Source: Balanoglossus misakiensis (lineage: Eukaryota > Animalia > Hemichordata). Taken from it: a DNA stretch of 64,000 nt. The stretch lies in contig CM082595.2 of assembly GCA_040954595.2 (NCBI GenBank), forward strand, positions 4,800,137-4,864,136, given 5' to 3'. Both the position numbers and the translations under genes were made by a program. Each line of letters starts with the position of its first letter. The first letter of the stretch is position 1. The notes under the pieces were generated by a model. It was not told the DNA's origin. It searched no databases and saw only the letters and a list, made by a program, of their open reading frames with translations. This document shows positions 1 to 11,937 of this stretch, in pieces.

Positions 1-2296
1 ACATTCGATCTTTTTTGTCACTCAGTACAAGTACAAGCGTGCCACATTTGCAAAATGATTTCAGTTCTGATAAGATATTACATTATTCGTATGTTGAGTC
101 ATTAAAAGGGATGATGGACTTCTCGTGGAACAAAGTGATCATTTCTAGATGATATGTTAGCGCCTATTGAATTGCACTTTTGCGGTATTTCCAGTACATA
201 ATGGAGCGTTTAAAGTGAATATAGACTGCTTCTCGTTCGACAATGAGACAAACCTCCCATCTGTTTTCCTCTAGAGGGACGAGGCCGCGGTACATATGGT
301 TCAGCATGTGGCAACCATTTTCCTTGATTCGTTTCATTATCTCTTTAATTGACTGGTAAATTCCCTTAATGTACTTGTTATTTAGGAGGGTTTTATGACT
401 CCCCGCATTCAGCTTGGTTAGTGAAAATGGGGACCTAAATGCACACACTGATTGGCCCATTTTGTGAATACATGTATCTTTCTCATTTGACTGAAACAAT
501 TCTTTCGTCGTACCCTTGGCATGCTGTTTCTATTTTGTTGCATATTTTCCTGTTGTGGTTTTGCATTCTTTACCAAAGATTGTAGTTGTCAATATAAGGT
601 GATGAGCACATTAATGACACCTTCACTCTTTCGTACAAAATAAGAGTACAAAATAAACATCAACAAGTTCTGTTATAATAGAACACTTACGGGTTCCATA
701 CTAGTTTAATTTGTGTTAATAACTTTAACATGCAGGACTAATTTATATACATTATTCTCTAATTTCAAATTTTAGAGCAAATTTAATGAGGAAATAGACT
801 CTGAAGGGTTTATGATGAGGCTAACACTAAAAAAAACCTTGAACCATCTGATCACATAATTTAACAAAATGAATCCATTCTTATATCCTTTTCTTCTCCA
901 TTCTCAATCATATTTTCATTATACTTAATTTTTTATGACTTGATTGATATTATTATGTGTGTCTTTCACTGGCATCCTTAAGGTCAAAAGAGTCATCAGT
1001 TTTCACAAATTAAAGTCAATAAGATATTGTGAAAAGATCACGAGGAAAACGTAAACAATTTCATAAACCTTGACCAGATGGAAACATTCATTGGCGATAG
1101 CAACTGTGTGCAGCTACTGCAAAGAGACAAAGACTTTATGGCAAAAGTAAAGCACTAAATCAACAAAAATGGGTCACAGTACTTTAAGATTATTGTTTAG
1201 TTTTAGCCTTTACAAGACTCATGATCGGTTAGGACAGTGACGAGATATATGTGACTTTGCTAATACACGTAATGTTCATCTGCCTCTTTGTTATCTGTTC
1301 CTGCCGTCAAACCGTAATGCAAATGTGATGTTCCCGAGGGAAGCCATTTTGAAGGTTGCCTGGCGATGACGCTGATTCGCGCTTGATTTCGTTGTGAAGA
1401 GCAATTTGACTGTCTGTAAACGGCCGTCTTTTTTCCTGTGGAAATGATCTAGTAGACAGTATAATGCATTCTGGCTGTGTTTAATTGTAACGTTCTATCA
1501 AATTTGGGGCAACTTAAACGTTCCTCTTGAAGACAGAGAGTGCCAGTGAATCGACAGTCTCTTGTGTCGGAAACATGCGCGAATGCATGCAAAAAGCGAG
1601 ATTCGAATTTGAATCTGTTGTTTAAACCAGATCACTACTATCTTGCACTCTTCCATTCCTTGGTCAATCTCCTACAACATTAAGATGCTTGGTGGAGGCA
1701 TTGATTGTTATATTACCTTTAGAGATAGCCAAAATACTCACATATTCTAAAGTAGAAAGCTCATTTGATTGCTAGCATACCTGGCAAAAATAACTGGCAT
1801 ATTATAGGAACTTACCAATATAAATACATAATTCAATCCTATCTTTCTTTTATCAGACCAGATCATATTTTCATGATGTAATTATAAAACTAGATTTCTA
1901 GATTTGATTGTTAGAGGATACAGTAAGTATCAAACAAGAGGCAGTCGATTCTTTTCTCCACAACATAGGACATGCATTTCTTAGTGTGTGAGTTACCTAT
2001 CGAATACAAGATTGTATGTCTGGTGTAGAGTTGACGGAAATTGACTTAACAAGAATTACGACCGAATCACTTATGCCGAATTAGACATGTAAAATACGCC
2101 AATTTTGGTTGGAATCAACTAAATGGAAATGGCCCATCTTTGTGTTCGATCCGCAATGGCTGACAGAGGTTAGACCCCAATTTAGAAGGCGCCTTCATCA
2201 AACGAAGTTGGCAGGCTGCTTTGTGAAAAAGTTATCGTCACCTCCACCTTTCGGTTCATGAAGAGGAAAAATTGTGAGGGAGCCTTCAGAATTTAC

Positions 2297-2351
2297 GGGG
2301 TGGGTGGGACATGGTGGTGGTGGTTTTGGTGGTGGCGGCGTGGGTGGTGGT
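2297..2351 (+). repeat. Degenerate (GGT)n / G-rich low-complexity tract in the presumed mGluR intron
   Basis: ggggtgggtgggacatggtggtggtggttttggtggtggcggcgtgggtggtggt. Confidence 0.7.
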
Positions 2352-3001
2352 AATTTAGCAACCGCACGAGATGCGAGTTGCCATTGTAACATAACGATAA
2401 GTTATATAAATCAGCCTATGCATGGGAAGATCATTCAACAGAGCAACCAGGCGAATCGAATGAAAATTCATTGCACTTTCCTTGCATTCTTTTCAAGTTA
2501 CTCTAATTTATGACACTCTTCAATAGCCTGGATGTTGTTTGTGTTAACACGATCAAGGAACGACGCATTTGTCTTCCAAAAGGTGATAATTACACTGAAA
2601 ATAAATAGTCTAGTTTGACCAGGGTCGAGGATTTGTCATTTGAGATTTTTATTTATTCATGAGAAAGAGATAGTCAACGGAGCAATTTAATGCTGTGGTT
2701 TGCCAAACGGAATCCGGGCGCCATCGCAAGATGTTCCATGGCTTAGAATTTACCAAGGAAACCACTAGAGTATCATGTAACATTGGATTCAATTGAATTG
2801 AACCGAAAGCATTGAAAGAATTCCCAGAAAGGTGCTGATTGTTGTTGATACTCAATGCGAGCAGGGAGCGACAGTTTTAATGAAACACCTAACAAAAGAG
2901 ACACGCGTAATAGGGCACTCCTGTTATTGGAAGCCTCTATTTGATATCAGTCTACACTGTATCCTCACTAAGCAAATTCCTTATTCGTTTTGTTCTTTCA
3001 G

Positions 3002-3219
3002 GTGCGCATGTAGTCGATAGCTGCGACAGTGACGCACGTGCCCTCGAGGAGTCGATCGATTTCATCCGTGGGGCGAATTCCCTGGGCAGCGAGACGCACT
3101 GTAAATGTTCAGACGGTTCCGTTTCCGACCAGGTATCCATTGTCGGGGTCGTTGGGGCGTCCTCTAGTGTCGTCTCCGTGCAGATCGCCAATCTCTTGAG
3201 ACTTTTCCGCATTCCACAG
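3002..3219 (+). CDS. Metabotropic glutamate receptor-like GPCR, internal exon (Venus flytrap domain)
   Basis: tttcag acceptor at 3000-3001 and CAG|gtgaga donor. Encodes GAHVVDSCDSDARALEESIDFIRG...VVGASSSVVSVQIANLLRLFRIPQ, typical mGluR VFT sequence. Upstream exon(s) not found in the window. Confidence 0.93.
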
Positions 3220-3555
3220 GTGAGACATGATATCAGATGTGTATTATTGATACTGGGTGTTTTTTTCCTGCAATGTACGATTAAAATGAGCATATTCCAA
3301 CCAATTTTTAAGGGACAAAGTCGCTCACCATTGACATCACTATGGTATTTTGGATAGGCTACTGATACTAACAGATGACCTATTGTCATAGCTCAATTCA
3401 CAACCCATACATGGACATTACACATTAACACTTCCAACATTTGGTGGCTACCAAACCTATTCTCATTCATGCCCATGGCATTTAAGTCTCACGAATGGCG
3501 GCTATGTAATAATTGACATGACGTTACCCTTTTCCTTTTGGGCACCACTTTACAG

Positions 3556-3871
3556 GTGAGTTACTGGTCGACTAGTCCGGAACTGAGCAATAAGGAACGC
3601 TTTGAGTACTTCTCCAGGACTGTGCCGTCGGACATCTACCAGGCCAAGGCGATAGTTGACCTGATTCAGTTCTTCAACTGGACCTATATCTCTGTTGTGT
3701 ACGAGGACTCCAACTATGGGAGTAATGGTTTTGCTGAGGTGGAGGAGGAGGCCAAGAAAAGGGGCATGTGCATAGCGATCTCTGAGAAGATACCCCGGGA
3801 CAAGAAACTGGCCACGGATGACGACTTTGATGAAATCATCAGGAATTTGCGAAAGAAGTCCAACGCCAAAG
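3556..3871 (+). CDS. mGluR-like GPCR exon (VFT)
   Basis: tttacag acceptor, phase 0 join IPQ|VSYWSTSPELSNKERFEYFSRTVPSD...; donor AAAG|gtaat. Confidence 0.93.
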
Positions 3872-5170
3872 GTAATGGTGCCCTCTGTAGCACTAGAATG
3901 TGTTGTTTTAATTTGGTAGCAGCTATGTTCTTCGCCACCAGTTCAATTGCAACGTGCTTTTAGAGAGTTCGTTTGTTCAAATCTGTGAAATTTTGATGAC
4001 AATGCTTAAAGTATCATTCTTTAATCTTGAAAGATACAGTGGAAGTAACAGTTTTATTTAACAGGCAATTTTGAGTAGGAATTCGGGAGAGGAGCCCACG
4101 AACATAAACTTTTGGAAATGGTGTTATTCAATGAACATCTGGTAAATTAAACTTCTACGGTGCTCATCCAATCATTTTTGATGGCATTTTGAATTTCTTA
4201 GTTCATCTCACTAAATTGGCCTGTGGAGATTCTGCTTTAATTACTGAAAAGACACCAGTGTTTTTATGCTAGGCATGATTTATTTGGACGCATCGCACTT
4301 GGCACGTACAAAGAATCATCTAACAAATTGAAAGTGATCTCGTAAACTTTCAGATGAAGGGCTTCTTCTTATAAAAGTTCAACGTTTAATCAAAATTGTT
4401 CCCCGGGTCCCGCAAATGAACAGCTGGCTCCTGTGCGCGGCGCTCGTAATGTTGAAATGAAAACGCCACGTCGTGGGATTAACTAAATTGCAACAGGAAC
4501 ACTGCCTGTATTGGGGATTATGTGGGCCGAAAGCACTCTACTGAAACTAGTCATTTCAGACATTGCTGTGTTTTCCTCTTTTCAGATTATTCTTAATACG
4601 CGTAATCGTCTTCATAAATCATACATAGATATATGAAAAACGTTCCCGACGGGTGCGCTGGTGGCCATTTAAACTTATTACGGCACACGATGGGTGTATA
4701 GATTACAGGCTTTATATAACCCCCCAGAAAGACTTAAAAGTCAGGAAAATTAATTTTGAACTGCCTTCTAAAGGTGCTCAGTAAACTACATGCATTCTGG
4801 TAAGCAGTGCCATTGGAAACATGAGCGAGTCAGATTATTCCACCTGTGATCTGACAAACTAAGTGCTTAATAGGTGTCCATAAAAGTTTATCACCGAAAA
4901 CATTTTACTGAAGAACGCTCTTTGAATGTTCAATTGTCCTTGGAAATTGTCAACTGCTTCAAAGGTGTGGAATTTTGGGCTCTGGTTTAGAAGTGGGTCA
5001 TTTTCGGTCTTGTTTTCGTTTGTTCGCGTATGTAAAACATGAGTTAGAGTTTCAACCAAACATGCTGCACACCCTTCCAAAAAATGTATGTAATCCCCCC
5101 CCCTTCTGGCAAGGAGTCCTGCTATATCTTGTGATACAAACTTATTTGTTCTCATTCTATCGTTCAACAG

Positions 5171-5713
5171 CTGTTGTGGTGTTCGCTCTCGAACAGGACG
5201 TGACACCGTTAATGGAGGCCGCCTATCGAGCAGGCGTTGCCGGGGAGTTTGTGTGGATTGGCAGCGACGGGTGGAGCGGGAATAAAGAAGTTGTGAGAGG
5301 TCGTGAGACGACGGTAGAGGGCGCCATCGCCTTCAGCCCGCTTTTCCACAACGTCGACGAGTTCGACGAGTATTTCGTGCAGCAGACGCCGGACACGGCG
5401 GGAAAGAGAAACCCGTGGTTTTTGGAATATTGGGAAGAGGTCTTCCATTGTAAATTAGAGGAGAATTATCAGACACCGTTCAATTCTGGTCTCGAACCTT
5501 GTCGAGGAAACGAGACGCTCTTGACACCCGGGATATATGAGCAGACCTCGCCAAAGATGCAGTTTGTGGCGGATGGTGTATTGGCGTTTGCCCACGCCCT
5601 CACCAGTATTCAGAAAAAAATATGTGGAAGTAAATTTGTTGGATTATGCCCAAAGATGACAAAAATGAACGGTGCTGACCTTTTAGATTATTTAAGGAAA
5701 GTGTCTTTCAGAG
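5171..5713 (+). CDS. mGluR-like GPCR exon (VFT lobe II)
   Basis: caacag acceptor, phase 1 (G|CT). AVVVF...WIGSDGW...RNPWFLEYWE...PKMQFVADGVLAFAHAL...YLRKVSFR; donor G|gtagg. Confidence 0.94.
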
Positions 5714-5907
5714 GTAGGTTACTTTCAGTTGGGTGTTGTACGGTTGCAGTTTGCTAATCTTAGATGACAAACACTAAATCCCAATAAGTTTACCAGCAAT
5801 GACTTAAGAAGTTTCTCTTCCATGTGTTCTTAGAATTACCTTGCTTCAAATCAAAGCATTTCCTTTCTCCAATTATAAAACATATCATGTATGTTTTATC
5901 ACAAAAG

Positions 5908-7173
5908 GCATCAATGGTGACCACTTTGAATTCCATCCAAACGGCGATGGACCAGCACGTTATAAAGTCTTCAACTTTCAGCGCAACGAGGAAGGTGAAT
6001 TCGTGTGGACTGAGGTGGGAACGTACGCCGACAACAAACTTCGGCTGCAGTTCGAGAGGGTCAAGTTCACCTCCAGCCAGCCCGTGCACCATGACTCCAT
6101 CTGCAGCCAGCCGTGCGAGCCGGGATCTGCCAAGATCATCCAGGAGGGCGACAACTGTTGCTGGGTGTGTACGGAGTGCTCCCGGTACCAGTATCTGCGT
6201 GATGAGTTCACGTGCGAGGACTGTCCCATCGGCAACCTGCCGGACCCCTCCCGCACCGGGTGCGTCGTGTCCGCTGAGGAGTACGTGACATACGACAGTC
6301 CCTGGGGGATTGGCGTCCTGTGCTTCGCCACAACCGGGATCATAATAACCACATTGGTGATCGCCATCTTCATCAGACATAACGAAACCCCGATTGTGAA
6401 AGCGTCCGGGAGGGAGCTCAGCTATGTGCTGTTGGCCGGAATTCTTCTCTCCTACGTCATCAGCTTTGTTCTGGTGGCGAGACCAACAGTCGTAATTTGC
6501 GCAATAATCAAGATCGGAATCGGATTTTGCTTCACCTTGTGCTATGCGGCTCTGCTGACAAAAACAAATCGCATAGCGAGGATATTTGACCGAGCAAAAT
6601 CGTCGGTGAAAACGACGAAATACATAAGTCCGGCCTCTCAGTTAGTAATATGCTCTTGTATAGTGTGCGTGCAGTTTGTTATACTTGCAGCGTGGTTAGC
6701 GCTGCAGCCACCGAGAACTATATATCACCACCCAATCAGGGAAAAGAACGAACTCACATGTTCGGGTGCTACGGACGCCACCTATCTAGTTGGTCTGGTC
6801 TATCCTTTCTTTTTAATGGTCTTCTGTACAGTGTATGCCTTTAAGACCCGCAACTGTCCCGAGGGATTCAATGAAGCCAAGTACATCGGCTTCACCATGT
6901 ACACGACGTGCGTCATCTGGCTCTCCTTCGTCCCCATCTATTTTGCCAGCTCCCAGAACATCGCCTTGCGAGTCACGACTCTCAGTGTTTCCGTTGGAAT
7001 GAGCGCCACTGTGACGATGTGCTGCATCTTTGCGCCAAAGCTGTACATTATTTTGCTGAGACCGGAACAGAACACGCGGAGCGGTGTTATGGGTAGCGAT
7101 GGCGGAACATCGATTGGTATTCAAACGAGAAGGACATTCTCAGAGGTTGTTAGACACACTATCCAGACCGAAA
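5908..7173 (+). CDS. mGluR-like GPCR exon (Cys-rich domain + 7TM + proximal C-tail)
   Basis: Phase 1 join G|GC. GDGPARY, CSQPC...CCWVC...C..C (nine-cysteine domain), TPIVKASGRELSY, ALLTKTNRIARIF, FNEAKYIGFTMYTTC, FAPKLYIIL; donor A|gtaagt at 7174. Confidence 0.96.
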
Positions 7174-7675
7174 GTAAGTTAAGAGAGGATCTGTTCACAA
7201 CAACGCTGTAGGCCCATGTACGAGTCCTTTTTACCAACCTACTGATAAAATATTTTGGTGTTATTAATTTTATTAACTAACATAACAAATACTAACCAGT
7301 GGCGGGTCGGTCGGTTGCAGAAAACTTTGAAGGGACTTGATGGGAGACAACTAAAATTACATATAACACAAGTGGTTTGCATATGTATACCCAACAGTGT
7401 ATGATCATTTCCGTCTGTCAGACGAGCAGTGCATTATTCACTGACAGAGAAATATAAATTCGGTAGATTTTCCGTGTCTCGACACAGCTTTGGTTGCACC
7501 ACAAAAAAACAACAACACAGAAGTCGTCGATCGTATTGCGGAGACGATTACTTAGGTAAAAGTGTTACACAGATGATAATGATTTCTCCCCTCTCCTGAG
7601 GAAAGATTGGTACAACAAGTTTACATTGTTGACCTCAAGTTCTGAAGTCCACTTATCGTCGGTGTTTTCTTGTAG

Positions 7676-7765
7676 GACTGAAAACCAGAAATCAGTGCAA
7701 TTCGGTTATGTTTGAATCAAGCAGTGGAAATTATTCCAATATTTCGTTGTCTCTGGAACATCAAA
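7676..7765 (+). CDS. mGluR-like GPCR putative C-tail exon (90 nt, phase 1-1)
   Basis: ttttcttgtag acceptor, open frame RLKTRNQCNSVMFESSSGNYSNISLSLEHQ, A|gtaagt donor; phases match both neighbours. No homology support. Confidence 0.7.
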
Positions 7766-8229
7766 GTAAGTCAATATCGATGGCTTCCTTGGAAGGTTTC
7801 TATATCTCGTTTCCAGCACACACACACAAGTAACAGGGTTTATAAGCATATTTTCAGAACACAAAATATCTATCTTGAACAAGACCCGTATAATTTATCA
7901 TCCTCAATTTCATTATTTCCACACACAAAAAATCATAGTTCAAAAGAACTACATGAGAATTTGTCTGTCTTTGCTGTTTTCTTTCTCGACCCACCTACCA
8001 TATTTACTGAAAGCATGACTAACACTTTAGGGAACTAATAATTAATTGGCACCAAGGTTTGTGGATAATATATGTTAGCACATCACTGTTTATGATCTCT
8101 AGAGATGTTTCACTAACAACAAAGATGCTACATTGTGCTGTGTTAACATTGTCGTGTTTTCCTATCTACAACCGTGACATATGATGTGTTGGTGATGAAT
8201 TGACAAATCTGCACAATCTATCCCACCAG

Positions 8230-8318
8230 ATTTGCATAAATCTTCTGATAAAGATCTGAAGATCGACAGCTATGCAGATGGTGCAACTGAGCCTCTGACG
8301 TCATCGACAACAGTGTGA
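8230..8318 (+). CDS. mGluR-like GPCR putative terminal coding exon
   Basis: cccaccag acceptor, phase 1, NLHKSSDKDLKIDSYADGATEPLTSSTTV-TGA. Ends in a class I PDZ ligand (T-x-V), as many mGluRs do. Confidence 0.7.
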
Positions 8319-9682
8319 AAGGTCAGGGAGTATTGTGGACATGCCTGTAACACGTCCTTACAACTCTTTTCATGAACGAATAAGTTGAATCACAAAATGA
8401 AGTCAGCCATGTTGGTGTGAACCACTGACAGTGAATTTTGGTCGCGTCTTCTGATCTGATGAAAGAGCAAAATGTCTTCTTCTACTTGCACTACAACACG
8501 TCACAGTGTGTTTGCCAGAAACTACTTGGAATAGCAAAATGCCGTCAACAGCTTATACACACCAACGCCAGGAAATCAGATGAACTGTGAACTGTGGTGT
8601 TATCATAGTAATACCAGGTCCACTGGACAGCATCAATTGGAAAGGGGACATTTCTTCCTGAGTTATGGACTGGAAAGTCTTGTAAATACAGAACTTTTAG
8701 ATGTCTAGACATAGAAATTTGGGGAACACTGTAAATATTTTCTGATGCACACATTTTAATACCACTCTGCGCCGTTTAAATACACATTCATGGGTGAACA
8801 GTGTCAGATCACATGGGGAGGACGAGGGGAAGTGTCCACAGAGATTTAACAGTTAAAGTACAAAGTTCTTATCACCAACTTCCTAATTATCAAATCTTCC
8901 CTGGTGGTCTTCTCACAACATTTCATCCAGCCCATTTGTTCAAAACGGCTTGTCTAATGAATGGTGTTCTGATTAGGTTTTACATGTGTCATGAATATGC
9001 ACAGATATCATCTTGCTCTGGAGACTATTAAAATGAGATCATGCCACGAGATCTCTCTATACACCTGTTCACTCTCCAATCGCGAGGCCAGGAACACAGT
9101 GTGTGCTTTGTCATTGGTCAACTTTTACACCAGGTGGTGTTGACATCGGACAATGAGCTCAGGCCTGCTCCCTTGCGACGCCTGTCTGAACAATTGCCAT
9201 TCACTCATGCATTGTACTACAGATCCACCACGTCTATGGATACGAGATAAGGTACCATGACTTCAAGTTGTGCAATAATAAGACCCGCTGAACATACCCA
9301 TTTATATAGAATTTGCAATACTCAATTGTTGATACAATGTTACATATTGTACTTAATTAGCTGTAGCATTCTTATGTGTTGTATTATATTTATAGAGGGG
9401 GCTTAAGATAATATCTTCCTTTCAAAACATTGAAAGACATTTTAATGTACTTTTATACCACTTAACTCTGGACGAAGCATAGCAAAAGTTTTGTATGTGA
9501 ATATGCGTCACCTTTTATGACTGTTTTTGAGAGGGGGTGTTCTTACTCCCTCCGTATATCTTATATTATTTGTACATAAACATGCATCTACCACTAGTAG
9601 ACAGTTTGTGATACTTTAGACTGGCTGACTATGTTAAAGATTCAGACATAATATGTACTTATAAAATGATGTGTTTTATGAA

Positions 9683-9688
9683 AATAAA
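9683..9688 (+). promoter_or_regulatory. Candidate polyadenylation signal (AATAAA) of the mGluR-like gene
   Basis: Canonical hexamer about 1.4 kb after the putative stop; the region is AT-rich, so specificity is low. Confidence 0.4.
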
Positions 9689-9748
9689 TGTATAACATTG
9701 TAGAAAAAACAACACATGGTGCGTAGATTTTATATACCAAGCCAAAAA

Positions 9749-9754
9749 TTTAAT
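9749..9754 (-). promoter_or_regulatory. Candidate polyadenylation signal (ATTAAA) of the mucin gene
   Basis: tttaat on + strand about 1.2 kb after the mucin stop; other AT-rich candidates exist. Confidence 0.25.
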
Positions 9755-10937
9755 ATTACAATTACATACCATAAATATAATGAATCATAAATATATATTA
9801 AAATTTACAGATATCAGCATAATATTGTGGTGTAAATATACTTAACAGGGAGAAATATGTGGAAACTAATTATGAAGTATCACTGATGTTAGGGACAGTT
9901 GCCTACCGTGCAGCATTTTTCCTGAAGCGTTACTCCCTGACAAATATTGCATAAAATAACTCGTCTTTAAATTACTTTTTCATAAGGTTTTGGTCATTAA
10001 TTCCAATGGCCAAAAAATATCTACACATTGTCTGCATAGTGGGTTGTGAGCCTATAAATCCTTTGTGTAAAATAGTACAAATTCGTCAATTAGCATGGTT
10101 TTGAATGATGTGTTTCTTCATGGCATTGCAGTGAAGGCGATAATCACTCTATTTTGGTCTGCACTATGTTTCATTGAGAATGCACAGGAAAATGTATGAA
10201 TTTACTATCTCGCTTATTTGCGGCACTTTTGAAAGTACTGGCAGTGATTATAGATACGCTTCAAGCAGCTGAAATGTCCCCTTTAAGTTCCAAAATATTT
10301 TTGCACAAAAATAATTTTTACCCCTTTCTTTCACATTTGCGATTTCATTCGCGGTAAATGTGATTTACTAAAATATAATCCATGGTATTGTAAATCCGTA
10401 TACGATGAGTTCAAAATATTTTAAATTAAATTGGATATTGAATATGCGATTTAATTATGATAATCATTATGAATGCATAATGCATTTTGAAGTGAGTGTA
10501 ACTCTGCTTACTTGTCACTTTCTGATAAATAATATATGTTTCACACTGACAGCCCTGTAAGAGTAACATCTTAATCACTTTGATGTCGTCTTGGGTAATT
10601 ATAGTCCAGTACACAACTGTCATGTAAGTCTATTAACGTTACTTTCATGATCCATTCTCTAAGTTCAGGTAAATTTGTTTTCCCATTGATAGTCCAGGTT
10701 GCAAAATAAACTGGAATCATCATGGGTTGTTTGTGTGGCAGCTTTCAACCTGGGACATTTATATGTCATCTTCATCTGGCCTCTGTTGGAAAAAAAACAC
10801 ATTCATATTAATTTTAAAATGAAAATGTTATGTCTCACGCCTTTCTCAGTATATTCTGCAAATATGGCAAAGGTTCTTGTGTTTTGATTGGAACAGTTTC
10901 CGCTACATTTTTTGTGAATTACTTAAAGATGTCGTAT

Positions 10938-11268
10938 TTAATCTTTGGTATTAAGACTTACATGAAAGGCATCAAAGTCTTCGGTAAAGTGATTAATTTC
11001 CACATGTGGCCTTTGGATTGCAAAGTTCCCATCATCAAAGTCCTCACCGACGTCATAATTCCACCTGAAATGGAAGTTGTCATCGGAAGCGGCTGCGTAG
11101 GTGAAGTTGTCGCGGTACATATGCTCTGCACCTTGCCAATCCCAGTCCATGGTGCGGTCGTCGGCGTAATCTTCGAAACTGTCATCATTGTCACTGTAAT
11201 GAGGGTACGAGGAAGCCGCGTAGTCGCTGTCGGTGATAACTTCATCTTCGTAGACGTATTCAACTTTC
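10938..11268 (-). CDS. Transmembrane mucin, terminal exon (cytoplasmic tail)
   Basis: tttcaatctcag acceptor, phase 2 (GA|G). EKVEYVYEDEVITDSDY...TMDWDWQ...FAIQRPHVE...LNTKD-TAA, in frame with ORF 10938..11150. Confidence 0.88.
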
Positions 11269-11621
11269 CTGAGATTGAAAAAGAAATGAAATTGAAGGTA
11301 TCAGTACCACCTGAAAATTACCCAAGATTTCAAACTAAATAATGAGTATACACATTTTAAAAGTTCGACATGAAGAACATATTGTTACTAAATGACAATA
11401 CATGAAATCCAGAATACCCTGAGTTTATTTTCCTGTACTGTGCAAGGTTGATATTGATCCTGAAATTGACTTCAGGACATTGATCGTCATAATGGGTAGT
11501 TATAAAAAATTGTCAATGATTTTGTTTACAGAAGCATAATGCAGACCAAGTAAAGCTGTGGTACACATCTTTCAAAAAGTTATGTGAAATAATGCAATTG
11601 GATGTAAATAATTGTACTTAC

Positions 11622-11736
11622 TCTTTCTGACGTCGCCTTCGTGCAACACAGGCAATACAGCAGCAGCAACAACACAGAAGAGCAAGTATGGCACCAGCAA
11701 TGCCAATAACAATCCATACCCATGTCACATTCTCAA
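11622..11736 (-). CDS. Transmembrane mucin, TM exon
   Basis: tctttcctcag acceptor; VENVTWVWIVIGIAGAILALLCCCCCCIACVARRRRQK (hydrophobic helix plus basic stop-transfer); gtaagt donor. Confidence 0.9.
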
Positions 11737-11937
11737 CTGAGGAAAGAATAACACCGAAATTTGCTTAATTACATGGGTTAGCCAAGGCTACTCTTAAAAA
11801 ATGTTTTCAGTAACACTGTAAACATTTTCGCAATTTACACGTTGCAATTAGTGTAATTCATCCCATTAGAGGAAATGCGTCGACAGTACTCGCTGGTCAG
11901 ACTGCTGTAATAATGATAAATCCCTGTATTAACTAAG

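Noticed and set aside
161-274. FAVFPVH peptide resembling the mGluR N-terminal GGLFPVH motif
   Set aside because: Bounded by in-frame stops, lacks the GD..GG and LEAM context; probably chance.
2198-2513. Pro-rich / Gly-rich short ORFs and possible G-quadruplex
   Set aside because: By-products of a degenerate GGT tract, with no supported exon structure or homology.
8641-10284. 14-bp inverted repeat aaaggggacatttc (8641-8654) / gaaatgtccccttt (10271-10284)
   Set aside because: One such match is plausible by chance in about 15 kb of unique sequence; no target-site duplication or extended similarity.
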